From positions 952,435-1,016,434 of the forward strand of contig JAWQFM010000014.1 of the NCBI GenBank assembly GCA_033442325.1: a DNA stretch of 64,000 nucleotides, written 5' to 3'. The position numbers and the translations under genes are program-made. The stretch comes from Salpingoeca rosetta. Lineage: Eukaryota; Protista; Choanoflagellata. Shown here piece after piece: positions 45,540-60,477 of the stretch; position 1 is the first letter of the stretch, and each line of letters starts with the position of its first letter. The notes below the pieces were generated by a model. The model made no database searches, was not told the DNA's origin, and saw only the letters and a list, made by a program, of their open reading frames with translations.

Positions 45540-46577
45540 GGGCACCGTGCACATCCATTGCAATACGTACAGGACACGTATGCGACGCAAGACCTCGGTA
45601 CTGATGAGGACTACGGCGACGACGACAACAACAACAACAACAACAGTGGCAGCAGTCAGCACACGCCACACATGCGCGCGAATGCACAGCATGACCACCA
45701 CTACCAGCAATATCAACTGCAGCAGCAGCAGCATGCTGTGAGCGTGGACGCGAGTGAGAGCGACGACTTCAGTGCAACGTTCAAGGAGATGATGCCGGCG
45801 ACTGTCCCCTTGCGTCAGGGGTCCTCTGAGCAAGTGGGCGGTGCTGGTGTGAGGCAGTCGTACATGCACGCGCTGCGTGGCGTCAACACAGACTCCACCT
45901 ACTCCACCGGCACGGCGACAACAGCCTCGTCCAACGCATCGTCCACCACGGCTGACTGGCGCGAGCACGTGCGACAGCTCGATGCGGACATGCAGCGGCA
46001 GCAGCAACAGGCAGCGGGCGCGCGCGGCGGTGGTGTGGCGGCGTTCCAAACCTCCAGCGCCAGCGCTGACAGCACTGGTGATGGCGACGTTGGCGATAAG
46101 CTGCTGCAGGAGCTTGCGGCTGCGTGGGACACGGCCGTGTCGCGTGCATCCCCGAGCGTCACCAGCCAGCACTCGTACCAGCAGCAACAGCAGTCCCATG
46201 GTCGTGGATCCACCGACTCGCCTCGCAGCAGCAACGGCGGTAGCGGTATGCACGTGAGCGCGCAGCTGCCGTTCTCACCCGACACCATGATTGCATATGG
46301 GCCACGCGGCCGCCCGCAGCAGCGACGACGCCAACACCAGCAGCAGTTTGGTGGTGAGCAGTACAGCAGCAGCCCACTGCGTCCCAATGCCCAGCAGGAT
46401 GCAATGCAGGCAGCACCCACCTCCGCTGCCATGCCGCCGCACTTGAACAAGAACGCCCGGCACGACCCGTATCTCGATGGCGCCGTGGCCAGCGGTGAAC
46501 TGCACACGTGTCGCTCATCGTCAAACTCCAGTCCAGGCGTTGAACAGCAGAACCTCCTCCTCCAACAGCAGCAACAA

Positions 46578-46609
<32 letters not shown>

Positions 46610-47078
46610 AGAGGCCGGTGTTGTGTTGAGCCACCGTCCTCCGGCGTATATGGAGCGATTCGGACAATCCACAGACCACAGTGGCGACGCGAATGGTGAC
46701 AATCACCCGCACCAGCCGTACATTCTCAACACCACGCCCCCTCGCCAACAGCACCAACAGCAGCAGCAACAACAGCAACAACAGCAACATGTGCGCACGC
46801 CCGGTGTGACGCGGGAGAGCTTTGATGCCGCGCTGCAATCTCGTCATCAATCAACAGCAGCGACACTCAACCATCCACCGCCATCTCACCAGGACAGCGG
46901 ACACAACGCCAGCGCTGTGGCGGGGACAGACGGGCATCAGCGCAGTGGCGAGCGTGGGAGAGGGACAGCACGGCCCGTTCTCGCCGCTCGCAGCCGCTCT
47001 GGTCGTCTCGTTGTCCTTCGTCGTGCCTCGGGCGTTGCGCTTGGGGACAACAACACCCACCACGGCACTGTCGTGTAG
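41474..47078 (+). CDS. RhoGAP-domain protein with long disordered Q/S-rich C-terminus
   Basis: VFGRPLDE|..VPFIVHSTCEYIREH|GLTVHGIFRITG (arginine finger)|..DVTSVLKYFLRQMPEPLLT..|MDSHNLAVIMAPNILR. Last exon ~44652-47078. Confidence 0.88.
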
Positions 47079-47839
47079 ACAAGCACGGTGCTGCTTGGCA
47101 CGCTGTGATCTGGTGCCTTGTCGCCCATGCACTTGCTGCTGTGTGTGTGTGTGTGCGTGTGTGTGTGTGTGTGTTTTGTGCACACGTGTGCGCTGTTCTG
47201 CCGCCTGTGGCTCGTTTGCTCCTGTAAAATATATTTGCTGTGACCGAACGCATTGTTCCTGTTCTTTCTGTTCTCGTGTCCATAACCCCATCCCTTTTTT
47301 CAATGTGCAGGCTTTTCCTGCCACCTGCTTCTTCCCAGTTGTTATCCGTGCTTCCTTTCCTCGGCTAGTTGTTCAAGTTCGTCGTGTCAGCAATCATGCG
47401 GTCACTGTGGCGCTGTCATGCGGTGACTGTGGCGCTGTCATGTTTCTTTGGGCGGTGCCACTGTTTCAACCTGGTGCTCTGCCTTGCTGTTCTTCGGCTT
47501 GGTTGGCTCTTGTCCGTCTTTGTCTTGTTCACGTCATATCGCTTCGAGTTTTGCTCGCTTCCGCGTCGGTCCGTCGTGTTACGCTTCATTCATTCCCCCA
47601 TTGAGATTGGTTACAGCTGGCTCGCTTGATCCACGCATGCATTGGATGCTTCCATTGTTGTTTGCCGGGATGTGTGCTGGTCATTTTGCCGCTTGTGATT
47701 GCCTGGTTTCTTCCGCCATTGATGTCGTTTGTTCACCTTGTTTGTTCATGTTGTTTGCTTCTCCCTTACCCCCTCCAATTCTTGTCCACCTTGCCTGTCC
47801 CAGAAAGCCCGCTCTCAGACAATAAACAAACATTCCCGA

Positions 47840-47887
<48 letters not shown>

Positions 47888-48059
47888 TGTGTGTGTGTCT
47901 GTGTGTGTGTCTGTGTGTGTGTCTGTGTGTGTGTCTGTGTGTGTGTCTGTGTGTGTGTCTGTGTGTCTGTGTGTGGAACGGTGCGAGACATGATGGCGTG
48001 ACAGACACACACACACACACACGTTCGCACACACGTTCGCACACACGTTCACACACACG

Positions 48060-48119
<60 letters not shown>

Positions 48120-48887
48120 AACACGAGGCATCCAAGTCAATTGTTCAATCGAAGCGAGCACGGGAACGGGGATAACAGCAGTCGCTCAGAGCGCATGACA
48201 CGAGAGAGAGAAGGAGACGTGGCCAAGGACAACGCTAACAACACCGCGGCGCAAGGCATGGCTTGTGTGAACAGGGCAGGAGCAAGTAAGCTACAGTTCA
48301 CTGCATTCGATTCGTTCCAGAGCGATGAATGCCAGTGAAAATCGGCATCGGTGACGTGGAAGGACACATGCCAGTCACACATCGCACTGATCAGCGAAAA
48401 CAAGACTGCAAGCATCTGCATAAGCAGACTGTAGCTGGGAAGAAAGCAACGTATTAATGCGACAAAGTCAAGAAGGGCGCGGGCAACGACGCATGCGTGC
48501 ATGTAAGAGCGAATAGAACACGTATCAAGAAGAAAGACAACAGCACGATGCACGTCATACAGCACGGAAAGAACAACGTGCCATGACACAAGCAAACAAG
48601 AAAACAAAAAAGAACAAACCATGAAATGGCGAACATTGTCCCAATAACAAGCGCAACAGTGGTGCAATTAAAAAGTGCTGACATCGTGCAGCTATCAAGA
48701 AATACACGAGGCCAAACAAGGCAAGGGGAAGGAAAGGCGTATGGACAAACTCTAAGCATGAGGCCTGTGTATGAATGTGTGTGAGGATTTACAGGCGAAG
48801 GAGGGAACAGGACAAGGCCTGTGATACCGTGAGGTTCGTGCAACAGCACTGGCTACCCATGAAAGCACTCCAGAGTTTGTGATTGCA

Positions 48888-49644
48888 TCACGCATGGCTC
48901 GAGTTGGCGCCAGCGCCGGTACGAAGCGAGCGGACGCTGCGCGGGTGTCCTGTTGCTGCAGTTGGTGTAGGTGTTGGTGTAGGTGTTGCTGTTGTCGTGT
49001 CGTGGGTGTAGCGGCGCACGCGAGAGGTATGGGCATCGCTTGGATACGTGTATTCGACCTCATCGTACACACCGGTAAAGTCCACGCATGCACCTTTGGC
49101 GTGGTCACTGGCACATCTACCATGATCACTACCACGCGCGCCCTCATCGTCCTCATCATCGTCATCGTCGTGCGACGTGTGCAACGACAGCTCACTGGTG
49201 CTCACGGGCACCACTACGTGTTGCGCTTTGTTGCGCCCATCGCTGCCACGGGCACCATTGTCAGCAGCACCGCCATCGCTGGCCTTCGCACTATCACCGA
49301 CGCCAGCGTCAACAACAACATCATCGTCAGCAGCATCAACCTCATGGTGATAATGGTGATCATGGACATAGTCATCGTCGTCACCACCATCAATGTCTTC
49401 ATCGAAATCGGGATGGTCAAACGCTCGCACTTCCTCTTCAGGAATTGCAGGCAGTCCAGCAGCACCGTTGTCGTCGTTGTTGTCATTGTTGTTGTTGTTG
49501 TTGTCGCCAATGAACACGTTGTTGTGTTGGTCGTCGATCAAGTGCACCACCATGCGCATACGCGCCCTGTGCAAACCAAATTCATACCATGGTGGCGACG
49601 TTGGTCAGTGGTGAGGACAGAGGTGAGTGAGTGAGCGAATGAGC

Positions 49645-49682
<38 letters not shown>

Positions 49683-51767
49683 AGAAGCAAGTGCGGTAAA
49701 TATGCTCACGTACTCGCACACGCACACACACGCGCACACGCAAATACACTCATCTACACAGAAACCCCCACCCACACACACACACCCACACACACACACA
49801 CACGTTCGCAGATAGCCGCACGAACGTACCGCTTGAGGAACTTGTCGTACATGAAGAGGCCAGCAAGACCAAGCACAAAGATCACAACCATAGCAGCGGC
49901 GGCAATGACACCGGGCGGTAGTCCTGTCATCAACAACAAAAAGGCGAAGAGGAAGGTTGCGCAGCATGAGCACACGCTGGCAATTGGAAAGCAACGACGA
50001 AACATGCCAGCATGTCATGACACACGAACACGCACATGTGACTGTAATACACGAAATTCATACACACCCACCCACACACACACACACACACGCACGCACG
50101 CACCATGCGACTCACCGCTGCTTGGAGTCGTGTCTCTTGATGGGTGTGAGGAGACTTGAGTGGCGGTGGTGTGAGTATCACCAACGCCAGGTGGAGGGTG
50201 ACTGCTCGTGCTGCTGCTGCCGCTGCCAGTTGGCTGTGAACCGCCGCCGCCCCCGTTTGTGGCATGTCGATGCGTGGTTGTCGAGACGGTGGATGCTGCT
50301 GGCGCTGTGTCGGTGCTGGTGTGGGCGGTGGTAGTATGCGGCATGTGTGTCCCTGTCGTGGGGACCCCTGTGGTGGTGGTGGAGCCTGACGAGGCAACAG
50401 ACGCTGATTTCGTGGACAGGGGTGGTGGCGGTGATGGTGGTGGTGCCTCGCCAACGAAATCCATGCCGTAAACGACAACACGCAGCTGTCCCTTGTCGCG
50501 CAGCGCTTGCACGCGCTCCGCAACTGGCCTGCTGGAATCGCCACTGACATTACCATTGGTACTGCTGCTGAAACTGCTGCTGCTGCCACCGCCATGACTG
50601 GCACTGCTGCTGTTAGCGCTGCACCAGATGGTGGTGGTGAGCGCCTCGTCGCCATCAACGCGGTGCACGTGCAAATCACTTGGGATGGAAAATCCAGCCG
50701 CTTCCAGGTGCACTTCAACCGCCGCGGCAAACATGGCGAGCGCGCCACCATGACGCGGCTCGCCACCACTGCCAGCATCCTCGCTAGTTGGGTCCACAAA
50801 CGCGGTGTTGGCGATGTGTGCGCCCGTTGCTGCTTCCAGCATGGCCCGACCACCAGGGAACACGACCACAACTGGTGTGAAGGCTGCGTCAACTGGCGTG
50901 GTCGTTGTCGCTGTCGTCGTTGTGGGTATGGTTGGTGGTGTCATGGTTGTGGCGGCTGTTGCAGTCGTTGCTGTGACCTTCATCGTTGCTGCAGTGGTTG
51001 GTGATGGCCCGGCGGTGGGCGTTGTTGATGCCAACGACGAAGATGAATGCACGATCGCGTGTGGCGTTGTCGTCGTTGAACCCATGACTTGGGTGGCAGT
51101 GGAAGAGATAATGACACTGGCACTGCTGCTGCTCTGCTTGTTGGCGTTCGTGGACGTGACGGTCGTTGATGGGTGCTTGCCTCCATCAGTCGGCGAAGAC
51201 GCGGCCGCTGGCGATGTTGATGTTGTGGACACTGTTGACTGCTGGGACGCTGATGATGATGATGATGATGATGACGACGATGATGACGATGCTGGTGATG
51301 AAGATGATGCTGGTGATGATGATGACGATGTTGATTGTGGCGGCGGGCGTGGATGGTCGGCTGGCACGGCAGACACCATGACCTGCCCAAAGCTGATGGC
51401 CAACAGGGAAGCGTGGAGGCAATGGGGCAGGTGGAGTTGTGAGGTGTGGACGTGTGAGGTGTGGACGTGTGCTGACAGAGAGCAATGCACCCACTCAAAA
51501 AGAAGCGCGCGCTCACCGAATGACGTCGTCGATATCTCCCGCGCTGACAATCACTTGAATCCGCAGCGATGACCCGGAGATGGGCGGGGAAGTGACTGAA
51601 CACGCAGCATGATGTGTGGTGTGTGTGTATGTGATGTGATGTGATGTGTGTGATGTGATGTGATGTGTGAGTGTGTGATGTGTGAAAGATACGTGTGATG
51701 GGCAGTGCAAAAGCAGGGCAAGGCAGGAGGAAAGCACAGCGCCAGTCCAACAAAGAACAGAGCGGGG

Positions 51768-51809
<42 letters not shown>

Positions 51810-54633
51810 GGCAGCTGTAACTTACTCGTCAAACGATTGCAGAGGCACGTGCCCTTGCAGTAGTTGAGGCAGGAGTATTCGTTGTAGTCGGAGTTTGTGC
51901 CTGTGATGTGCGCAATCGGCTGCCACTGATTCGATTCGGGCGTCCTGTCATGATGGGCAATGATGACATCGTGATGGCAGCATGACGAAGGTGTGATGAT
52001 CACGTGTTACAGGGTGTGAGGTGAGGGAACGCGTGAGACATGAGCGACGTGGTGAAGTTCCAACCCTTTCCAAAAACATGAGAGAATGAGGGAAGCTGAA
52101 AACATGCATGCACACATATGTGGACACGCACGCACACAGATGCATGCATACATGCACACACGCACGCACCAGACAGCAACAGAGATGAAGTCTGTTGCTT
52201 CAATGGAGAAACGATCCGATTCCGCCCAAAGCGACACGCGCGCAGACGAATACGCGGAAATGTCAATTTTGTCCGTCGTCCACGACATTGCAGTCTGAAC
52301 ATCATGGACAACAGCGAGGGAAGATGGGATGTGTGCGTATGTATGTGTGTATGTGTGTATGTGTGTATGTGTATGTGTGTATGTATGATGCATATGTGTG
52401 TATGTGTGTGTGTGTGCGTGTGTCAGCAAGTGGATGTGATACATGAGAAATGTGAGCAAGTTAGTGAGTATGTGTGGTCGTGTTTGTGATATGTGCACCC
52501 ACACACACACACACACTCTCTCTCTCTCTCTCTAAGACGTGTGCACATCATTGCATGCTACACCACCATGTACCAGACACAGTCGATGACATGGCAGCGG
52601 TATGCAACCCACCGGCAGGGCAGCCGTCTCCATGGCCAGTGGTATCTGTGCAGTGACGTCTGCGTTTGTGCTGCGCGCGTGTGTTTGACGCACGAGCATG
52701 TAGGAGAGGGGGAGCGCCGTGTATGGTTTTGATTCTGGAGCGATGAACCAGCGGAGATGTGGTCCGTTGTACCAGGACGGCGGAAACATGTACGTGGTGC
52801 CTGTGCAGTGCAAGTGCGTTGATTGTGTGCATGTGCGCGTGCATGATGTGTACGTGAGTTGGTGGTGACACAGGGAGAAACCCACAGTTGGACAAAGCCA
52901 AATAGGGAGAAGCGCATATGCACACGCACACACATACACACACATACACACACACACACACACACATTCGTGCACGTGTTTGGAGATGACTCACCGGACA
53001 CACCGACGCCTTCCAGCCCTTCGAACGTTTCGAGCCAGACCATGCTATCCTTCCTCTCCCCCGAGACAGTGACTGTGCGCACACGCATGAACGAGGCCTG
53101 GTCCTGGAGCGAAATCACCACCGCCACGTGCGTTGCTGTCGCAGGGATTGTGGCGTCCACGCGAAACAGCCCGTCCGCTGGTGGTGGTGGCGGCAAACGT
53201 GTGTGTGTGTGTGGTTGATAAGAACGCGTGAACTCTGAAAATACACCACCGTGACCATGCACATGTACACGAACACGCAAACCCTCACAGTCACACACAC
53301 ACACGCACGCAAACACTCACAGTCACACACACACACACACTCTCTCTCTCTCTCTCTCTCGCTCACACACACATACACACACCTGTTGGCTGGGAGCTGA
53401 CGGAAGTCTGCGCTGTAAGCCATGCGTCGAGCGGCGCGGAGCTTGGAAGCACATCGCTCGCGTACTTGATGGCGACGCGGCTGCGGTGCGTGATGAAGAA
53501 CGAATTGGCCTCCACGTCCACAGACACCTTCGCATCTGGATGTTGACAGCACACAAATCACAAAACGCACAGGGGTGAACACGCTTGCAGCGAGGAAACC
53601 AATGTGATGCGCAACAGCCTCTTCTCTTCATGCACACACGCACACACATACGCGTACACACAACAGTTGTGTTATCTTGCTTGTACATCAACACAGCGAG
53701 CTCACCGTGCAAGTAAGTCATGTCCAAATGGGGCGACACCCAGGCGGCTTCATACACGCCAGACACTGCAAACACCGCGCATGCAAGGGTATGGGTGAGG
53801 TGAGGTGGTTGATACGTGCATCAGAGACCAACAACAGGTGCTGAAACGACCGAACAGTATCATTTCAACACACACAAAACACACAGACACTGACACTGAC
53901 ACACACGAACACTGACACACACGACAGACACACACACACACACACATACACACACACACACACAAAACACACACGAGCGCGCGCACAATCCTGAACCTTG
54001 GAGGAATGTGGCGTCTGGCCTGTAGGAAGAGGCGCGACCGGTTGCGCCGATGGTGGGCAAGGAAAATCCGCCCATGCTGCGGATGATGCTGACAGACCAG
54101 CCACTCACGCACTCCTGATACAAGCCGTTGAGATAGCCTTGCGGGCCGACGTGAAAATCCTCCTGCAACACATTGAAGAGTTCACAGCGGCTGCCGTGGT
54201 AGCCCTCGAGGCATTGACACGTCTGTTTCGGCTCTATTCTTGTTCCACCGCCGACGGTGGATGCGTCGACAACGCATTTGCCGCCATTGCGGCACTGCAA
54301 GTCGCATGCCTGCTCCCGTGCATCGTTTGGGTTCACGTTGGTGCTGTCGTTGATGATGCCTCGTTTGTCCGCCGCGCCGCCGCCGTCCTCATCATCCGGG
54401 CTCAGCATGACGAGGCGCAGGCCGCCCGTGACGCAGCAGGACTGGCATACAAGCAGCAGGACAACTGCAAACGCCACGCTCGCCGTGGCTCGCCAAGGCG
54501 ACTGCTGTCGTCTTCTTCTTCTTTTGCTGTGTTGGTGGTTGTGGAAGCGGTGGTTGGTCTGGGAGGTTTGCTGGTGGTGTTGCCTGGCGTGCTTGTGCGC
54601 TGGCGGGGTGACAGAACCGACTCTCACCGCCAT
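48888..54633 (-). CDS. Type I membrane protein: signal, EGF domain, beta-rich (MAM-like) modules, Ser/Thr mucin stalk, TM helix, acidic Tyr-containing tail
   Basis: Hydrophobic ASVAFAVVLLLVC; EGF CDLQCRNGGKC..CQCLEGYHGSRCE (~54180-54310); modules WVSPHLDM and WTTDKIDISAYSSARVSLW; S/T-rich exon ~50120-51380; TM VIAAAAMVVIFVLGLAGLFMY (~49850-49910); tail with DDDYVH and GVYDEVEYTY. Internal exon boundaries are only partly resolved. Confidence 0.7.
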
Positions 54634-55267
54634 AGTCGCAGGCGCTGAGCGGTGGGTGCTGGTGGTCGTTTTGCGGTGCAAGTGGTGCAGCGACACTGCA
54701 GCTCGTGCTGCAGGGTGCCCAGTGTTTCAAGCCACCAATCTGCGTGTGTGAAAGGAGAGCACAGCCACTGATTCAGCCCTTTGTGTCTCGTGGTCGTCGA
54801 AACGCTTGGGTCGGTGGTGTTTGTCGTTTGCCGCAAGCGAGTGAGCACGCTAGCCTCTTTGACGCATAAAGCTGAGACCAGGGAAGGCGCAGGAGGCACA
54901 GGAAGGAGAGGGGGGGGGAAGGAAATGGGCAGCGAGCAGCAAGCTAGAGGGTGGGTGTGTTGCTGTGTGCGATGTTGAACAGAAACCCAACGTTGGCGAT
55001 GGCGCGGAACGCGAATGGCGTTGCGCTGTTGCTGGTTGGTTGGAGTCGGAAGGGGTTTGTTTTGTTTTTGCACGGGGTGCCTTGTGCTTTGGGGTCGGTG
55101 CCAAGCAGTGAGGGGACAACAAGCAATGGTGGTGGTAAGGGTACGAGAGGGAGTGCGCGTCGGCGATGTCGTTTGCCGTGGTCCTTCGTAGTGCAGAAAT
55201 TAGGTTGAAATCATCCATGAATCGTCGAGCCACGCCAGCTGTTGTGTGTGCTTTGTGCTTTGTGTGC

Positions 55268-55298
<31 letters not shown>

Positions 55299-55478
55299 CT
55301 GCGTTTACATCATCATGTCCTCATGTCACGTGTTGCCTGTTCGTCTTCCTGTTTCAGAATCAATGAGAAGGCTTTTTAGTGTCACCCTTTCCGTCACACA
55401 CACACGCGCAAACTCAACCACACACAAACACACACAAGCACACGCCATACCAATCACCACACATGTGCACGTGTGCAC

Positions 55479-56251
55479 TCACGACCGCTTGGAGCGCTTG
55501 CGTGCAAACGCGGGCACGGGCTTCTTCTTCCCGCCACTGCCGCCCTTCTTTCCACCGCCACCGCCACCAGCGGCTGCTGTCATGGCCTTTGCGCGCGCTG
55601 CGTTGGCGGCTGCGCTCTTCCTGGCCTGGTTGCTGCTGCCCTTGCGCCCACGGGACGATGACTTGGCCCGCTTCATCGCCAGCTGCTGCTGCTGCTGTTG
55701 CTGCTGCTGCTTCCGCTGCGTCTGCGCCGCGTTGATATCAGTTGTGCGTGAAGGGTCGTCACTCCTCCGCTTCGCGCTGTCGCCATCGCCCCTCTTCCCG
55801 TGCTGCTGCTGTTCCTTCTTCTGCCGCCACTTGGGCAGGTACCCGCGCTCACTGCTGCTGCCGTGCTTCTTCTTGGGCCGCGACCGATTCAGGTTCATCC
55901 CTGAGAGTGCAATCATGATTGCATGTGTGTGTTTGTGTGTGTGTGTTTGTATGTGTGTTGGTGCATGTGTGTTGGTGCATGTGTGCATGGTTCAGTGTTG
56001 GTGTGCATGTAAGCGTTTGAAATGAGCAAGTTCGTGGGCAGTTGTGTTTGCGCGTGTGCGTGCTTGTGACTGTGAGTGAATCACTGTGTGAGACTCTGCG
56101 TGAGAGGAAAGCACGAGTGAAGCGACGTCAACAGCTCTATCTCTCTGTGTCTCTCTCTGTCTCTCTCTCTCTGTCTCTCTGTGTCTCTCTCTGTGTCTCT
56201 CTGTGTCTCTCTCTGTGTGTCTCTCTCTGTCTCTCTCTCTCTCTGTCTCTC

Positions 56252-56311
<60 letters not shown>

Positions 56312-56323
56312 TCTGTCTCTCTC

Positions 56324-56368
<45 letters not shown>

Positions 56369-56635
56369 GTCTCTCTGTGTCTCTCTCTGTCTCTCTCTGT
56401 GTCTCTCTCTTCCTCCTGTGAGCAGCAGCACCCATGATTGTTCAGCACCAAGCATCTCACCTTCTGGGACCTCCTCGCCAACCTCCTGCTTGTAGTATGC
56501 GTTGTCGTCGTCCTCTGACCACAGTTCCACATCCTCTTCCTCCTCCTTCTTCGCCCCGTCAGCGGGAATGCGGCCCTCTGTTGGTACAGAGTGGACGAGG
56601 CAGTGGAAGAAGGCATTTGTGAGAACGAAGCAGCG

Positions 56636-56684
<49 letters not shown>

Positions 56685-57930
56685 TGTGTGTGTGCAAGTG
56701 GGCGCTTCCACCACCACCAGCATCACCCCCTCCCCCGCCCCCAAACGTTATCACCACGTCCCATACATATGTTGGCTGCACCTCTGATTGCCTTTGCGCG
56801 CTGGCCGGCAATGGAGCGCTGCCGGTTCTCCTCGCGCTCTTTCTTCTTCCGCTCGACGTTCCGCTCCTGGCAGTCGTGGAGATGGTCGCGGTCGTGATGG
56901 TCGCGGTCGTGGACAAGTGTTCAGGTGAGAGGATGCCAGCAACAGTGCAAGCAAGAAAGGAGAGTGTTCACAACACAACAGTCAAGCACGTTCTGTGTCC
57001 TTTATTCCCAGTATCACCACCACCACCACCATCAACCATCAACCATCATCCACCACGCCACGGCACCTGCTGCTGTCGGCGTCGGGCCTTCTCTGTCATG
57101 CGCTTCTGTCGCCGCCGCTCAATCTCCTTCTCTTCTGCGGGCGTCTTGTGCACTGCACACATGCACGAACATGTGGAGTGAGTTGTTCATCACGACATGC
57201 AGGCATGACAAGCGCCAGGTGAAGCATTAATTCGTGTCTCACAGTCACGCACACACGCACGCACACACGCACACACACACACACACAGCATGCACAGCAT
57301 ACACGCACCGATGCTGTGGTGGAGCACTTTGCCTTCGCACAGCCCCTCCTCAATCTTGATCAGCTTCAGATTCAGGCGCGGGCCAATCTCTGTGACGGCG
57401 ATAACGTGGTGTCGTGTGCCATGTGTCATGTGATGTCGTGTCGTGTGTCATGTGAGAGAGCGAAGAAAACACAACAGCGATTTGAAACAAATCAACAACG
57501 CAGACCATGCCATCACCAGCAGCGCGATCACCCCCTCTCGTTCCCCTCCAACCCACTCCCCAACAGCCGCCCCATCCCCACCATCACCACCGTCTCAACA
57601 CCACCACGAATACCACCATCATGGTGCTCACCGACGAGCTTGATGGCGGACTTCTGCGACGCCTTGTTGCCTGCGCCCTTTACCGTCTGCGGCAGCACCA
57701 CCTTGCTCGTGCCCATCGCAGCCTCCGCATCGCTCTCGTAGCCGTCGGCGTGTCTGGTGCAAGTGGTGGTGGCAGCCGATGTGGCAGAGATAAGACACGT
57801 GAGTTGGCAACGAGTGGAAGCAAGAGGGGAATTGGATTGGATGTAGCAACACAGGGGTCGGTGGTATGACACGAAGCACAGCGGGGCAAAACGCGCAGCA
57901 CACCAAAATCAACCAACACACACACACACA

Positions 57931-57968
<38 letters not shown>

Positions 57969-58605
57969 CAGCTGTGAACGTACTCGAGGACAAATGAGCT
58001 GATGTCGTCGTATTGGGAGAGGTCGAGGGCTTTGGTGCGCAGGACAGCCTTGATACCGCGCGAGAGACCGACCGGCTTCACAGAAATCTCGTAGTGCCGC
58101 AGCTCTGATGTTGTGGCGATTGGTGATGGTGGTGATGGTGATGATGGTGGTGGTGATGGTGGTGATGGTGATGATGTTGCCAGCGAAGGTGTTGGTGGTG
58201 GTGATGGTGGTGATGGTGATGATGTTGCCAGCGAAGGTGTTGGTGAAGCGGAGAAGGTGGCGTGAGCACAACAGAGCGCTCTCTCCAGCCAAGCAATACG
58301 AACATACTCAACACATACGCACATGTGCATGCACACATGCACATACACATATACGCCGGTGTGCGTGGCGGCGTGGCGGCTGCACTCACCAATTTCTTCT
58401 GTTTCCTCGTTGAAGTAGAACAGGGCGACGCGACGCAGCGCCGACAGCGCAACCTGCGATCGGCAGCACACGCGATCGACGGGCGAGAGGGCGAGAGGGC
58501 GAGAGGGCGAGAGGGCGAGAGACGGGCGAGACAGATAAATAGAGACAGAGAGAGGGAGACGCAGAGGTGAGGGCAACAAGGAGAGAGGGACATACACACA
58601 CACGC

Positions 58606-58651
<46 letters not shown>

Positions 58652-58652
58652 A

Positions 58653-58684
<32 letters not shown>

Positions 58685-60174
58685 CACACAGACCAAAGAC
58701 AGCACCTTCTCGACTTTGATGGCGGGGAACATGTTCTGCAGGAGTTTGGCCATGAGCCGGATCTCCTTGCGCGGTTTGTTGAAGTTGTTCAGCACCAGCT
58801 AGGATGCGGCATGCAGCGGTGTAGTGTACGGAGGAGGATGGAGGGTGGTGGGGGTGCGGTGATGTGGCGTGAGCGGACGTGCGTGGCTGCAGTTTGCACA
58901 GGGACAACCAAACACAACGGACTATTCCCCACAAACTTTACGCATTCCTCACACACACACACACACACACACACATGAGACACATGGGGCATACCAGAGG
59001 AGGCTTGTCGAAGAAGACGGGGACGCCCTTGCTCTTTGGCTGCGAGGTGACGACATCCTTGATCAGCGAGTACTGCACACACGACACACATGCACACATA
59101 TACAAGGCAAATACGCACGCGCATAAGAAGGATGTGAGCGTATGCGCATATGCAGGGGTGTGCTAAGTTGTCAGTGCCAGCATAGCTTCGCAGATGACAA
59201 ACAGAACAGAACAGCGTGGTCAGTGTCGCCATATGGCGTGGTCACCACACAGCCAGTCGGGCGTACCCTCATCACGCGGAATGTGAGCGTTGGCCCTCGC
59301 GGCACACGGGCCATGCGCTAATGAAGAGGATACCAAGATTGAACGCGGTGTGTCAGGCAGGTGAGCGGAGAGATGAGGATGACGACGAACAGCGGAAAGA
59401 AACGCGAAGAAACATGCGATCACACCAGCTGTCAACACTACCAAGGAAGGCAGCGCATTCCGGCAGCACCATCACTCTGTGATTGCCAACAGCTGCACTT
59501 ACCAGGTTGAGGCCTGTCTCTGTTCTGGAGAAGAGCATAAAGTGTGTGATGCCGAGCATACCCGCCACGCTCACGTAGTCCTTGAGCACATTGTTGCGCT
59601 TGGCCTGCAAGTGTGAGCGCATGCGTGTGTTGTTGTGAACACATGCATGCCCTGTGCAAACCCCTGCACTGAAAAGGAGACAGAGAGAGAGAGAGCGAAC
59701 CAGCGAACAAGAGACAGATACATGCACAGATAGACAGACGCACAAAGAGAGGGAGAACGAGATTAAGTTCACACATGTACATGTGCAGTGCAGTCAGAGG
59801 AACGTACGCGCAGCTTGGATGTGGTGTATGGCTCCATGATGCGGCGAACGTCAAGCATGAGGTGGTGGCCATTGATGCCGAGCGGTGTGCGGTTGATCAC
59901 CAACGTCTTTGGTGCCTTTTCATCCTCCTCGTTCACCGGAGCTGGCAGATGTGTGGAAGAGACGATAGTTGTGTGAGGGTGGAGACGGAACGACAATGTG
60001 TGCTGGATCGTGACGTGACACACGCACCTGCCCTGTTGCAGCAGCAGCAGCAGCAGCAGCACCATCCCACACACAGCACACACACACACACAGAGCACGC
60101 ACACACACACACAAACATGGCTGGCACTTACCAACTGTTCCCTTCTTGGACTTTTTCTTGCCTCGTCGCCCCAT
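55479..60174 (-). CDS. PPAN: Brix-domain ribosome biogenesis protein Ssf1/Peter Pan
   Basis: Many exons: MGRRGKKK..APKTLVI..LMLDVRRIMEPYTTSKLR|AKRNNVLKDYVSVAGMLGITHF..|RIARVPRGPTLTF|..LVLNNF..LQNMFPAI..ELRHYEI..QKSAIKL|TEIGPRLNLKLIKIEEGLCEGKVLHH. Confidence 0.92.
56134..56410 (+). repeat. (CT)n-rich intronic microsatellite
   Basis: Long imperfect CT/CTGT run inside a PPAN intron. Confidence 0.9.
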
Positions 60175-60178
60175 CTTC

Positions 60179-60218
<40 letters not shown>

Positions 60219-60477
60219 ACACGACAAAGGACCACGTGTGTTGGCTTGGCTGTCTGCTGTGCTGCTGTGCTTGTTCTAGCTATGTTTTATGATGTCGTTT
60301 GAAGTGATGGAGATAATGGGTTGAAGATTTCCAAAGATTTTCAGCAATGCCTTCATTTTTTCAACAAGCGGAATTCGAAGCAAGCAAAACCAACGAGAAC
60401 TCACCACCACCACCACCCGCGCTCTCACCACCACCACTCTCGCACCGCATTGCCTTTGGTTAGTTGCACCGCAGAGC

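Noticed and set aside
47841-48118. Large (GT)n...(CA)n inverted repeat
   Set aside because: Explained by the GT-rich 3' flanks of two convergent genes; no evidence for a MITE.
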